A DNA stretch of 64,000 nt from a virus: the IMG/VR virus record IMGVR_UViG_3300042465_006773; one strand, 5' to 3'. The translations under genes and the position numbers were made by a program. Below, in pieces: positions 8,602 through 19,498 of this stretch. Under the pieces are notes generated by a model. That model had not been told where the DNA came from, did not search any database, and saw nothing but the letters and a program-made list of their open reading frames with translations. The first letter of the stretch is position 1. Each line of letters opens with the position of its first letter.

Positions 8602-11499
8602 ATGTCAAAAATAATTTCACAAGAGATAATCGAGAACTTTTTAAATGGTTCAGATTCGGAGCAGTACATTGTTGGAGTCGAATATGATTACCAAACAAAC
8701 AAAATTTTTAAAATAATACAGGACCCCGAAAGAGGTAAAATTGTAAAATCAGACACATTAATACCATTTTTATGGGTTGGTGATTTGAGTGAACATAATT
8801 TTTATAGTGGAAATAAGTCACTTCAAAAAAGGAAGATGGCTGAGTTTGGTATCGTAATTGAAAAATTACAGACACATGGTAACGAAAGATTAGAAAACGG
8901 TCAGTGTTTTTTAGTAAAAAGTTTAAAAAATTACACGTCTTTAGTTTCATTTTTTAGATACGGAGGCATTGACCCTTGGAATGAAAAATTCAAACATTTA
9001 TTTACAATATTGTCACCGGTTGAACAGTTTTTAGTTCAAAAGAAAAAAAGACTCTTTAAGGGTATTGACGATTATTCAGGTGTCTATCGTTTTGTTTTTG
9101 ACATCGAGACAACAGGTCTTGAACCTGAAAAAAATAGAATAATCCTTATTGGTGTTAAAGATAATCGTGGTTTTAAAAAAACCATATCGGCATTTGGTGA
9201 TGATGGTGAAAAAAAATGTATAGAAGAATTTTTTGAAATAATAAAAGAATTAAAACCAACAATAATTGGTGGATATAACTCGGCTTCCTTTGATTTTCCA
9301 TTTATTTTAAAAAGGGCAGAAATATTGGGTATAGATATTAAAGAGTGTACTTCAATTTTCACAAACGAAGGTATAAAACAAAAAGAAGGTCTATTAAAGT
9401 TAGCAAATGAAGTGGAACCCTATACCCAACATGTAATATGGGGTCACAATATTGTAGATATATCACACTCGGTTAGAAGAGCACAAGCGATTAATTCGGA
9501 AATTAAATCTTGGGGGTTGAAATACATTACCCAATACTTAGAAAAAGAAAAACCAAATCGTGTTTATGTTGAGGGTTCTATTATTTCTAAGATATATTTA
9601 GAAAACGATAGTTATTATATTAATCCGAAAACGGGTAAATACAAAAAAATTGGTGAACCGGGTACTGAGAACTTATTAGACAAGTATCCTGGTAAATATG
9701 AAATATGGCCGGGTCAAAGAATAGTTGAACAATATCTTGACGATGACTTGTACGAAACAATGATTGTCGATGATTCGTTTTCACAATCAACATTTTTGTT
9801 ATCTAAACTGGTACCAACCACTTATGAAAGAATTGCAACTATGGGTACCGCCACTCTTTGGAAAATTATCATGTTGGCTTGGTCTTACGAAAATGGATTA
9901 GCAATCCCCTCTAAAGATGAAAAGAGAGCCATTACAGGGGGTCTATCAAGATTACTAAATGTGGGATACTCCAAAAATATTGTAAAATTTGACTATGCGT
10001 CCCTTTACCCATCAATTCAATTGGTTTACGATGTTTTTCCTGAATGTGATGTGATGGGTGTTCAGAAATCTATGTTAAAGTATTTTCGAAATATTCGTAT
10101 TAAATATAAAAGATTGGCCGGTGAACTCGCTAAAACAAATCCTGTTGAAGCAGAAATGTACGACCGTAAACAATTACCGATTAAAATTTTTATTAACGCA
10201 TATTTTGGTTCATTATCTGCCCCTCAAGTGTTTCCGTGGGGTGATATGAACATGGGTGAAACAATCACCTGTACGGGTCGACAATGTCTTCGTATGATGA
10301 TTATGTTTTTTGAGAAAAAGGGTTATGTTCCGTTGGTTATGGATACTGATGGTGTTAATTTTTCAACTCCTGAAGACATTGATACTCATGTTTACATCGG
10401 TAAAGGTTTAAATGAATTGGTAGAAAAAGATAAAGAATATAAAGGAATTGAGGCGGACACCGCAGAATTTAATGATATCTTTATGAGAAACGAAATGGGT
10501 CTTGATATTGATTATACCGCACCTGCTTGTATTAATGTATCAAGAAAAAACTATATTATTAAACTCCTTAAAAAAGGAAAAGAAAAAATTAAATTAACGG
10601 GGAACACCATCAAATCTAAAAAACTACAACAATACATTGTAGAATTTTTAGATGAAGGTTTGAAACATTTACTAAATGGTGATGGGTTATCGTTTATTGA
10701 ATTATATTACAAATATGCTGAAAACATTTATAATCAAAAGATACCTCTATCAAAAATTGCAAATAAATCAAGAGTAAAACAATCGGTTGAAGATTATAAA
10801 AAACATATTAAAAAAATAACAAAATCAGGTTCTTTGATGTCTCGTCAGGCTCACATGGAATTAGTTATTCAAAATAATTATCCCGCCGGTTTAGGTGAAA
10901 CGATATACTACATTAATAATGGTAAAAAGAAATCTGATGGTGATGTTCAAAAAATAACAAAACCAACTAAAAAACAACAAGAAGAATATTTTCAAAAACA
11001 TGGAGAACAAATACCATCTGATTATTTGGAGATAAATTGTTACATGATTTCAGAGAGGGAATTGAGTAATAATCCCGAAATGACAGGTGATTATAATGTT
11101 GCCAGATATTTGAATAATTTTAATAAAAGAATTGAACCACTACTGGTTGTTTTTAACCCTGAAATTCGTCATGATATTTTAATCGAAAATCCCGAGAAAA
11201 GACAATATTTTACTAGGGCACAATGTCAATTGGTTAGTGGTTATCCATTGAAAGAAGATGGTCAAGATAAGTATGAAGAAGTGATGACATTATCAGACAG
11301 TGAAGTATTGTTTTGGAATAGAGTTAATAGAGACCCGTTCTTTATGTATGTAGAAGATAGTTTAGAACTTGTAAATCCACATTGGGTTGAATTAAATAGA
11401 AGAGTCGTAAATTTAGAATCTGAAAGTATTAAGAACAATGAGGACGAATACATCGAAAATAACGGAAACGATTTCGCATTCCACGCGGTGGAATCTTAA
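8602..11499 (+). CDS. Family B DNA polymerase with 3'-5' exonuclease
   Basis: ExoI FDIETTG, ExoII GYNSASFDFPFI, ExoIII YLDDD; motif A FDYASLYPS; motif B KIFINAYFG; motif C MDTDG. Confidence 0.95.
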   Translation: MSKIISQEIIENFLNGSDSEQYIVGVEYDYQTNKIFKIIQDPERGKIVKSDTLIPFLWVGDLSEHNFYSGNKSLQKRKMAEFGIVIEKLQTHGNERLENGQCFLVKSLKNYTSLVSFFRYGGIDPWNEKFKHLFTILSPVEQFLVQKKKRLFKGIDDYSGVYRFVFDIETTGLEPEKNRIILIGVKDNRGFKKTISAFGDDGEKKCIEEFFEIIKELKPTIIGGYNSASFDFPFILKRAEILGIDIKECTSIFTNEGIKQKEGLLKLANEVEPYTQHVIWGHNIVDISHSVRRAQAINSEIKSWGLKYITQYLEKEKPNRVYVEGSIISKIYLENDSYYINPKTGKYKKIGEPGTENLLDKYPGKYEIWPGQRIVEQYLDDDLYETMIVDDSFSQSTFLLSKLVPTTYERIATMGTATLWKIIMLAWSYENGLAIPSKDEKRAITGGLSRLLNVGYSKNIVKFDYASLYPSIQLVYDVFPECDVMGVQKSMLKYFRNIRIKYKRLAGELAKTNPVEAEMYDRKQLPIKIFINAYFGSLSAPQVFPWGDMNMGETITCTGRQCLRMMIMFFEKKGYVPLVMDTDGVNFSTPEDIDTHVYIGKGLNELVEKDKEYKGIEADTAEFNDIFMRNEMGLDIDYTAPACINVSRKNYIIKLLKKGKEKIKLTGNTIKSKKLQQYIVEFLDEGLKHLLNGDGLSFIELYYKYAENIYNQKIPLSKIANKSRVKQSVEDYKKHIKKITKSGSLMSRQAHMELVIQNNYPAGLGETIYYINNGKKKSDGDVQKITKPTKKQQEEYFQKHGEQIPSDYLEINCYMISERELSNNPEMTGDYNVARYLNNFNKRIEPLLVVFNPEIRHDILIENPEKRQYFTRAQCQLVSGYPLKEDGQDKYEEVMTLSDSEVLFWNRVNRDPFFMYVEDSLELVNPHWVELNRRVVNLESESIKNNEDEYIENNGNDFAFHAVES

Positions 11500-12614
11500 A
11501 TTACGTTATATGGTGATTGGAAAGGTCTATATTTAAGAGCCTTGTTTAAATTTTCAGCTTCTGCTCCCTTTCGCTCCAATAATTTATCTGGTCTAAGTCT
11601 TTCTAAACGATTCATTAATTCTTCAATTAGTTTTAATTTTTCGTCTTTACCTTCGGTCAACAATGTACTATAGTCTAATTTTATTGTACTATCAGGTACT
11701 TGTAAATCACCTGAAAATTTACCCCATATTCTACCTAATCCTTCTTTTGAATAGGCAATAAGATACTTTCTAACCCAATTTTGTGCGGGTTTATTTAACA
11801 TATCCCATGTTAATTCTTCAACCTCCACATCTGATGGTAATTTAACGATACCACTGTTTTTATCTAAACAAGTGTCACTTGATGTGGTGTCATAGTACCA
11901 ATACCAAACTCTACTTCTATTATTTTGTATCGAACCAAAATCGAATCTACCACCAGGTACGTTTGATAAATGAACTATTTTAGTACCATTTGGACCTGCT
12001 GTTATTCGATATGTGAGTTCACCACCTATAAGTCTATTTTTTAAATTTCTGTCCTGCATTCTCAATAAAAGGTCGTATGCTGGTAACAAGAAATATGACC
12101 CCGATGCACCTTGTTGAGCAAAACCACCGACACCCCCAAAAGCAACACCACCTAATCCACCAAACCCACCCAAAAATGGGTCAACAATAGAATCAGTTAA
12201 TTCTGCTCTGGTAAACCATAATAATTCGTTTATTTCTCTACCAGCAGGAATTACATAGGTTTGGGTGTTGGCTGACAACGTTATATAGTCTTTTTTCAGT
12301 TCACTATCACCACCGGCTTGTAATCCAACAATCTTAGAGTACGAGTGACTATATTGTGTTTCATAATCCAAACTTCTTGTTGTGAATGCTCTTGTTAAGG
12401 ATTGTGTATCCACATCTAAACCAACTAATGCCGACCATTGAGATTCGATTAACCAATCATTAACATACTGTTCATACTCTGATACCGATAACTCTAAAAA
12501 GGTGTCCATTTGTTCTTCGGTTAATTCGACACCTCTAACAGGTAAACCTAATAAATGAAAAACTTGTGTATATAGTTTTTGTTTTTCGGTATTTGAAATT
12601 ATTGTTATACTCAT
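11496..12614 (-). CDS. Neck/head-tail adaptor protein (T4 gp13-like)
   Basis: LGLPVRGVELTEEQMD at the N-terminus and WVRKY..A..KE.LGRIWGKFSG...L....L..EG..E at the C-terminus are typical gp13-like signatures. Confidence 0.75.
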   Translation of the reverse strand: MSITIISNTEKQKLYTQVFHLLGLPVRGVELTEEQMDTFLELSVSEYEQYVNDWLIESQWSALVGLDVDTQSLTRAFTTRSLDYETQYSHSYSKIVGLQAGGDSELKKDYITLSANTQTYVIPAGREINELLWFTRAELTDSIVDPFLGGFGGLGGVAFGGVGGFAQQGASGSYFLLPAYDLLLRMQDRNLKNRLIGGELTYRITAGPNGTKIVHLSNVPGGRFDFGSIQNNRSRVWYWYYDTTSSDTCLDKNSGIVKLPSDVEVEELTWDMLNKPAQNWVRKYLIAYSKEGLGRIWGKFSGDLQVPDSTIKLDYSTLLTEGKDEKLKLIEELMNRLERLRPDKLLERKGAEAENLNKALKYRPFQSPYNVI

Positions 12615-12655
12615 GAATTTACTTTATTTATAAATACTCGTATATTCAGTACACT

Positions 12656-12934
12656 ATGTCTAACAATAATATATTTAATTCTAAAATATTTTATGAGTTT
12701 TTTCTTTTTTGTACAAAAAAAAACATTGATTTTGTTTTAGAAATTAGTGAAAAAAGTAAAATAAAATATAATTCTAATGAAAATAAACTCACTGCGAGTT
12801 TATCAAAAAAAGATGATGAATTCAAACCGCAAATGATTTACAGTGTTTGGAATAAAATTATTGATAATAATATTGTGGATATGGATGAAAAAGAAAAAAT
12901 AAAAAAAGAATTAAATAATTTGTTTGAGAAGTGA
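12656..12934 (+). CDS. Hypothetical protein
   Basis: 92-aa ORF filling the gap; preceded by TTTA-N19-TATATTCA. Confidence 0.55.
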   Translation: MSNNNIFNSKIFYEFFLFCTKKNIDFVLEISEKSKIKYNSNENKLTASLSKKDDEFKPQMIYSVWNKIIDNNIVDMDEKEKIKKELNNLFEK

Positions 12935-14665
12935 TTGTGCGAAGTTTTCACCAAAATCACCGTCACCCATAACTTGGTCTATTATATTTTTCTTTTTTTG
13001 CAAAATATTATAAACTATTTTTTCTATTGTGTTTTCAAAAATTGGATAGTAGACAACTACGTTTTTTTTCTGACCATATCTAAATGCCCTATCTTCCGCC
13101 TGACTGTGATGTGCGGGAACGAAAGATAAATCGTTCATGATAACAACTTCGGCTTCTGTTAGGGTAATACCAACACCACCAGCAACAATATTTGATATGA
13201 AAATTTTTATTTTATCTTCGGTTTGAAATCTATCAACGGATTTTTGTCTTTTTTCTTTAGACATTCTACCATCTAAGACAACCGAATTTTTTTTATATTT
13301 TTCATGTAACATATCCAATGCCATTGTAAAATTAGTAAAAACAATAATTTTTTTTCCTTGCTCCAAACACCTATCAATTATCTCACAAGTATAATCTACT
13401 TTTTGTTCTGAAATTATTTTTCTAATTTTCATTAACCTGTTAATTGTCACAGATAACGACTCTTTATTTTTGTTTTCTTGAGCGATTTGAATAAACTCTT
13501 CCAATCCACTATCATATTCAGTACTTGATAAGGTTAAAAATACAGGACTAATTATTTTATCTGGTAAATCTAAAATATCTGTTTTTAATCTTCGTAATAT
13601 AGTGTTTTTTGTTTTTAATCTTAATTCATCTAAATTTGTTGCTCCACCTGTATTCCAAATTTTTCTACCGTTTACTGTAAACTGATACCCACCACAATAT
13701 CTTCTAACATATGAAGACCAATCCAAAGTCACATTTGAATTTACAATTCTTAATAGGTTAAAATAATTTATCGGTCTCGATGTCATAGGTGTACCTGTAA
13801 GTAACCAAACTTTAGGTATCTTTGATAAGATATCATTTATTAACTTTGTTCTTTGTGCTGTTGTATTTGAAATATAATGGGCCTCATCAACTATTGCTAG
13901 GTCAAAATTAGTATCTGAAATCTGTGTGTTTTTTTGTTCACCAATTTCGGGTTCACCAATTGTGTGATAATTTTTTATAATGTCATAATTTATTATGTAA
14001 TAATCAAATGTTGAACCCCATTTACCTCCTTCCACAATTAGAGTTTTTTTGTTTGAATAAATTTCAATTTCTCTTTGCCAATTTATTTTTAAAGAGGCTG
14101 GACATATTATAAGAATTTTTTTTGATTGACTTTCTAATGAAGCAATTATTGTTGATGTCGTTTTACCCAAACCCATATCATCTGCTAATATAAATCTATC
14201 GTTCGATAGTAATTTTTCAATAGCTATTTTTTGATGAGGTAATGGTGGTCTATTATCATATGGGGAATAATCTATTTCTCTATTTAATTTTTTTTCTTCT
14301 TGTATAATTGCTGATTTTGGAATCCACATCGCATGATTTTTTTGGTTTTCATAAATCTTACCCCATATATGGTACGCCTTATCTGTTTCACACAATAATT
14401 TTTCACACCATATTTTTTCGGGAACAAAATCTAATTCCTTTGTTTCTTTTAGTTTTTCTCCAAAGTTCTCAACTATAACAATATTTTTTCTTGCTACTTT
14501 AGGTACAACTTCATGATATTTGATAACATATTCAGATTGAGGTCTTGTTAATTTAAAACTTTTATTTGTTTCAAATTTTTTTTTCCAATCGAGCATTTGG
14601 TTATTGTAACCCTCGTAGGTCTCTAAAATATTTTTTGCAACAATTTCCGGTACTTTATCAAGCAT
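12911..14665 (-). CDS. SNF2-family helicase/translocase (SMARCAL1/HARP-like)
   Basis: ILADDMGLGKT, IICPASLKINW, DEAH, LLTGTP, GGVGITLT, QAEDRAFRYGQ. Confidence 0.92.
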   Translation of the reverse strand: MLDKVPEIVAKNILETYEGYNNQMLDWKKKFETNKSFKLTRPQSEYVIKYHEVVPKVARKNIVIVENFGEKLKETKELDFVPEKIWCEKLLCETDKAYHIWGKIYENQKNHAMWIPKSAIIQEEKKLNREIDYSPYDNRPPLPHQKIAIEKLLSNDRFILADDMGLGKTTSTIIASLESQSKKILIICPASLKINWQREIEIYSNKKTLIVEGGKWGSTFDYYIINYDIIKNYHTIGEPEIGEQKNTQISDTNFDLAIVDEAHYISNTTAQRTKLINDILSKIPKVWLLTGTPMTSRPINYFNLLRIVNSNVTLDWSSYVRRYCGGYQFTVNGRKIWNTGGATNLDELRLKTKNTILRRLKTDILDLPDKIISPVFLTLSSTEYDSGLEEFIQIAQENKNKESLSVTINRLMKIRKIISEQKVDYTCEIIDRCLEQGKKIIVFTNFTMALDMLHEKYKKNSVVLDGRMSKEKRQKSVDRFQTEDKIKIFISNIVAGGVGITLTEAEVVIMNDLSFVPAHHSQAEDRAFRYGQKKNVVVYYPIFENTIEKIVYNILQKKKNIIDQVMGDGDFGENFAQSLLKQII

Positions 14666-14716
14666 CTTTAATAAATAATAATAAATAAGATTGATAATAT
14701 AAACTATTTATTATAT

Positions 14717-15229
14717 ATGAAAAACAAATTACCCATTACAAGAATTTCAAAATTTTTTTCCCAAACAGATATGGATTTAAATGTTCAATTGGGTGAAGAG
14801 TATCTACACGGTGATTTAGGTATGAGATTGGTTCTTTTTAGAGTTGATAGACAAAAAACGGATACCGATAACGTATATGGTGAAGTGGGTAAAGATGGGA
14901 TAAAATTTTACCCACCTGTTGAATTTTATGGTTTGGTAAAAATAGAAGAACCAAAAAACAATAGTTATACAAAAGGAGTAAACAGATATTTGGAACCGGG
15001 AAATATGTCGGTATCTGTCTATTTAAAACATTTAGAAGAAATGCAGATAGATATCAAATATGGTGACTTTATTGGGTATCCTGAATCTGAAGAAAAAATT
15101 AGATACTATACTGTTACAAATGATGGTAAAGTTGTATCAGACAATAAACATAATATGTTTGGTTTTAAACCATATTATAGAACTATTCTTTGCGTACCAG
15201 CACAAGAATTTGAATTTAGAGGAATTTAA
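14717..15229 (+). CDS. Head-closure/neck protein (gp14-like)
   Basis: Located before the tail terminator; D.VYGE...F.PP.E and I.YGDFI.Y..YYTV motifs. Confidence 0.6.
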   Translation: MKNKLPITRISKFFSQTDMDLNVQLGEEYLHGDLGMRLVLFRVDRQKTDTDNVYGEVGKDGIKFYPPVEFYGLVKIEEPKNNSYTKGVNRYLEPGNMSVSVYLKHLEEMQIDIKYGDFIGYPESEEKIRYYTVTNDGKVVSDNKHNMFGFKPYYRTILCVPAQEFEFRGI

Positions 15230-15231
15230 TT

Positions 15232-16326
15232 ATGGGATTACCTAAAAGAAAAACAGATATAAAAGTTTTTGGTGTTAGTCAAAATACAGACAATGCCGTT
15301 ATTGGTAGAAGAAAAGAATTGTTAGAAGAAATAACAAAATCAGATACTTTTTTACCTGATTCAATTATGCATGATGACATGGATTTGGGTATGCTTGAAT
15401 TTGTAAAAGAAAATTTTAAAATAATGTCTGATGGTGAAGAGTTACCTATAATACCAAAAATACTAACGATTCAAAGATGGTCAGAATTTAAAAATAATTG
15501 GAACTTTTCAGATGAAGATGGTAATATAAAATTACCATTTATTGCGGTTGTCAGAAAACCTGATGTTCAATTGGGTACTAATCCATCAATTCAAAGAACC
15601 ATACCCGATAGAAGAGATTTTTTCTATGCCTCGGTACCAACTTGGGATGGGAATCAAATGGGTGCCGATGTGTATAAGATACCTCAACCTGTACCTGTTG
15701 ACATTGGATTTGATGTAACAATTGTTTGTACAAAATTTAGAGATATTAACACTTTCAATAAAAAAGTTTTACAAAAATTTTCATCAAGACAAGCCTATAC
15801 TAAAATTAAAGGACATTATATACCAATAATTTTAGATAGAATAGAAAACGATAACACCGCAATGGATACAATGGATGGTAGAAGATTCTATGTTCAAAAT
15901 TATTCTTTTACGATGTTAGGGTTTTTGATTGATGAAGAAGAGTTTGAAGTTTCACCAGCGATTTCAAGAGCAATATTGATGAGTGAAGTTGATAGTAGAA
16001 AATTAAAAAGTAGTAATAAAAGTAATTTAATAACTTTAAATTCTTCATATAGTAGTGGTTCAGTTATTGCCACTTATACCGCAACCTCACAATATAAAGT
16101 AGATAAAACAATAGAGATTGTTTTTAATGATGTAATTAACACTATAACAGGTGATTCAATAAATCAAACCGTAAGATTGTTTATTGACACAAATCAAACA
16201 TCGGGAACAACACAATACACAATTAATGAAAATTATTCAAATATTACAGGTAATAATACATTTTCAGGGGTTACCATTAATTCAATTGGTAAATCAAAGT
16301 ATTCATATTCATATGAACTAACTTAA
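15232..16326 (+). CDS. Tail terminator/sheath stabiliser (gp15-like) with a C-terminal Ig-like extension
   Basis: LPFIAV.R, IPQPVPVDI.FDV and F.M.GFL motifs; lies upstream of the sheath gene; ~100-aa beta-rich extension. Confidence 0.65.
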   Translation: MGLPKRKTDIKVFGVSQNTDNAVIGRRKELLEEITKSDTFLPDSIMHDDMDLGMLEFVKENFKIMSDGEELPIIPKILTIQRWSEFKNNWNFSDEDGNIKLPFIAVVRKPDVQLGTNPSIQRTIPDRRDFFYASVPTWDGNQMGADVYKIPQPVPVDIGFDVTIVCTKFRDINTFNKKVLQKFSSRQAYTKIKGHYIPIILDRIENDNTAMDTMDGRRFYVQNYSFTMLGFLIDEEEFEVSPAISRAILMSEVDSRKLKSSNKSNLITLNSSYSSGSVIATYTATSQYKVDKTIEIVFNDVINTITGDSINQTVRLFIDTNQTSGTTQYTINENYSNITGNNTFSGVTINSIGKSKYSYSYELT

Positions 16327-16502
16327 TCCCCATAAATGTCTCTTTTTTGTTGTTGTATTTGTTTTGTGTTATTTTTACAAATTTCTTCAATACTTTTTTG
16401 AATTACTTTGTGAATTTTTAATCCGTTAATTTCACAATATTCTTTCAGTATTTTGTGATGATATTCACTTATTTTTATATTTTTAGAAGTGTTATCTTTC
16501 AT
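16323..16502 (-). CDS. Small ribbon-helix-helix-like DNA-binding protein (59 aa)
   Basis: Manual translation MKDNTSKNIKISEYHHKILKEYCEINGLKIHKVIQKSIEEICKNNTKQIQQQKRDIYGD shows a beta strand, helix, G turn and helix. Absent from the ORF track (shorter than any listed ORF). Confidence 0.65.
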   Translation of the reverse strand: MKDNTSKNIKISEYHHKILKEYCEINGLKIHKVIQKSIEEICKNNTKQIQQQKRDIYGD

Positions 16503-16504
16503 AA

Positions 16505-16531
16505 AGATAAATATAGATAAAAAAAGATAAA
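16505..16531. promoter_or_regulatory. Three AGATAAA direct repeats at 10-bp period (candidate RHH operator)
   Basis: AGATAAA at 16505, 16515 and 16525, immediately upstream of the RHH start codon. Confidence 0.4.
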
Positions 16532-16637
16532 TTTATATATATAACTATTTTTTTTTATAAAATAAAGGGAATCTTTGGTAAATGTGATAATATTTATTAT
16601 AAAAAGAAATAAAATAATATAACCAAACAATATAAAA

Positions 16638-19493
16638 ATGGCAAATTCAAATAGAGTTTTTGTATCTCCTGGTGTATACACATCAGAAAAAGATTTAACT
16701 TTTGTAGCTCAAAGTGTGGGTGTAAGTACACTTGGTTTAGTAGGTGAGACCTTAAAAGGTCCTGCGTTTGAGCCGATTTTAATAACTGATTTCGACGAGT
16801 TTAAGTCCTATTTTGGAACAACGTCTCCACTTAAAGATGGGAATGGTAACCCAAAATTTGAATTGCCATATTTTGCTAAATCATACTTAGAAGAATCAAA
16901 CCAATTATTTGTTACAAGGATATTAGGTTTAACAGGATATATGCCAAGTAAAAGTTTTGGAATACAAACTATTGGTGGTGTTACTTTGGGAACTTTAAGT
17001 GGAACAACATCTGGTTTAACCATGTCCGCAACTACCAGTACAATTACAGGTAGTACAATATATTCGGAATTGTCCGATAAAATTTCAGTAGATGGAAATT
17101 ACATTACCGATTATATTGTATCTAATTTTAGTGGTAATACTTCTTCAAACCATGGTCAATGGTTTGTTATGGGAAATGTACCATCTTCAGGTACAACATC
17201 ATTAACCACCTCTTTGGAGGAAGTTTCTCCTTTGACAGGTTTAGATAACGCAAACAATAACAATAATAAAGAGTGGTATAACGTTTTAGTTAACACAGGT
17301 AATACCGAAGTTTATTCATACTTATTTGTTTACAATAGTGGTACTTCAAGGTTTGATGTAACAAGATATACCTATAACGCAACTTTGAATAGTGACTACG
17401 ATGGAAAGATAATTTTATCTTTTAGACCGAGAGGTTCGTATGTTGGACAAACATTGAATCTTGAAGTAACTACCGATTCCAATTTTAATATCAGTGGTAC
17501 TGGTTTAACATCAAATCCTTTATCTGAGTTTACTGTAAATGTAACAGGTGCAACAAGTGGAGCAAAATCTTTTACATGTAGTATGGACAGTACTTCATCA
17601 AAATACGTAACCAAAGTATTTGGTACAGACGTTTATGATAGATTAAAAGGTGATGTTCCAATTTATGTTTTCGAGTCATACCCTAACTATCTTTTAGAGG
17701 CCTACAAACAAGGTTATATCAGAGGTTTAAGTTTAACAGAAATCTATGAAAGTGAAACAAATTCTTTTAGAACAAAATGGGACACACCTGTTTCTCCAAC
17801 AATTGTTTCAGAAGTTCGTGGTGGTGAAGTTGTTGATTTATTTGACATAATCACTATTTCAGATGGAGACAGTGCTAATTTTGAAGTAAAAATATCGATA
17901 ATAAACATTAACATTGAAACAGGTGAATTTGATTTGATTGTTAGGGATTTTAATGATACCGATGATAACATTGTTGTACTTGAAAAATTCTCAAGATGTT
18001 CAATGAATCCAGATTTACCTGGATACGTTGCAAGAAAGATTGGAACCTCCGATGGAGAATATGAATTACGTTCAAGATATATTATGTTATCGATGAGTAG
18101 TAGTGCACCATCAGACGCATATCCCGCAGGATTTAAAGGGTTCGTATCAAATAGTACGTTCGGTTCAAAAACTTTGGGTTCTGTTATGTACAAAACGGAG
18201 TTCTACGATGCTGGTGATATTATGGGTTATGAATCAGATGGTACTCCTATTTTATCTTCAGGTGATAAACTAAGAAGAACATATTTCGGTTTAGGTAATC
18301 AAGTTAGTCAAGTTACATTTGATAGAGATTTATTTAAATTTAAAGGAATAAATGCAACTTCATCAACTGAAGGATTTCACTTATCAACAAACGCTTCAAC
18401 TTTGACAGGTACGACGTATTTAACAACACCATATGATTTAGAAGGTCAAACAGATGCAACAAACAATAAATTAACAAATATTAACTATAGAAAGTTTACA
18501 TTAGCGGTATGTGGTGGATTTGATGGGTGGGACATTTATAGAAACGTAAGAACATATGGTGACAATTATATCTTTGGTAAACCAACATATGTAAGTGGTA
18601 ACACTTCAAATGGGGGTGTATTTAGTACTCTTTCAGGAAATTCTGATTATTACTCATACATACAAGGTATTGACACTTTTTCAAATCCAGAAGCGGTTGA
18701 TATCAATATATTTGCGACACCAGGTATAAACTTTTTTGACCACAGTTCATTGACAGCTTACGCAATTGAAATGGTTGAAGAAGATAGAGCAGACTCTTTA
18801 TACGTAATATCAAGTCCAAATCAAACAACAACTGATGAAATTATTGATTCATTGGATTTAGTATCAATTGATAGTAACTATTCGTCAACATATTGGCCGT
18901 GGATTCAAGTGAGAGATGTGGATAATGCAACACAATTGTTTTTACCACCAACAGGTGAAGTATTAAGGAACATTGCGTTAACCGATAATGTTTCTTTTCC
19001 ATGGTTTGCTGTGGCCGGGTATTCAAGAGGTTTAGTTAATTCAATTAAAGCATATAAGAAATTAACATTGGATGAAAGAGATGATTTGTATAAGAATAGA
19101 ATTAATCCAATCGCAACTTTTGCTGATACAGGTACTATAATTTGGGGTAACAAAACTTTACAAGTTAGAGAATCCGCTTTGGATAGAATAAACGTAAGAA
19201 GACTTTTGTTGAGAACGAGAAAATTAATATCAGCAGTTGCGGTTAGACTTTTATTTGAACAAAATGATGAACAAGTTCGTAATGAGTTCTTAAGATTAGT
19301 TAATCCAATATTAGAATCGATAAAAAGAGAAAGAGGTGTTTACGAATTCAGAGTAACAGTATCAAACGACCCAGAGGATATTGATGCAAACACTTTGAGA
19401 GGTAAAATATATATTAAACCAACCCGCTCATTGGAATTCATTGATTTGGAATTTATAATTACACCTACAGGTGCATCTTTCGAAAATGTTTAA
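16638..19493 (+). CDS. Contractile tail sheath protein (gp18-like)
   Basis: VSPGVYTSEKDL, GETLKGPAFEP, YWPW, PWFAVAGYSRG, INPI, WGNKTL, RINVRRLL, LFEQND, IKPTRSLEFI. Confidence 0.97.
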   Translation: MANSNRVFVSPGVYTSEKDLTFVAQSVGVSTLGLVGETLKGPAFEPILITDFDEFKSYFGTTSPLKDGNGNPKFELPYFAKSYLEESNQLFVTRILGLTGYMPSKSFGIQTIGGVTLGTLSGTTSGLTMSATTSTITGSTIYSELSDKISVDGNYITDYIVSNFSGNTSSNHGQWFVMGNVPSSGTTSLTTSLEEVSPLTGLDNANNNNNKEWYNVLVNTGNTEVYSYLFVYNSGTSRFDVTRYTYNATLNSDYDGKIILSFRPRGSYVGQTLNLEVTTDSNFNISGTGLTSNPLSEFTVNVTGATSGAKSFTCSMDSTSSKYVTKVFGTDVYDRLKGDVPIYVFESYPNYLLEAYKQGYIRGLSLTEIYESETNSFRTKWDTPVSPTIVSEVRGGEVVDLFDIITISDGDSANFEVKISIININIETGEFDLIVRDFNDTDDNIVVLEKFSRCSMNPDLPGYVARKIGTSDGEYELRSRYIMLSMSSSAPSDAYPAGFKGFVSNSTFGSKTLGSVMYKTEFYDAGDIMGYESDGTPILSSGDKLRRTYFGLGNQVSQVTFDRDLFKFKGINATSSTEGFHLSTNASTLTGTTYLTTPYDLEGQTDATNNKLTNINYRKFTLAVCGGFDGWDIYRNVRTYGDNYIFGKPTYVSGNTSNGGVFSTLSGNSDYYSYIQGIDTFSNPEAVDINIFATPGINFFDHSSLTAYAIEMVEEDRADSLYVISSPNQTTTDEIIDSLDLVSIDSNYSSTYWPWIQVRDVDNATQLFLPPTGEVLRNIALTDNVSFPWFAVAGYSRGLVNSIKAYKKLTLDERDDLYKNRINPIATFADTGTIIWGNKTLQVRESALDRINVRRLLLRTRKLISAVAVRLLFEQNDEQVRNEFLRLVNPILESIKRERGVYEFRVTVSNDPEDIDANTLRGKIYIKPTRSLEFIDLEFIITPTGASFENV

Positions 19494-19498
19494 AAATT

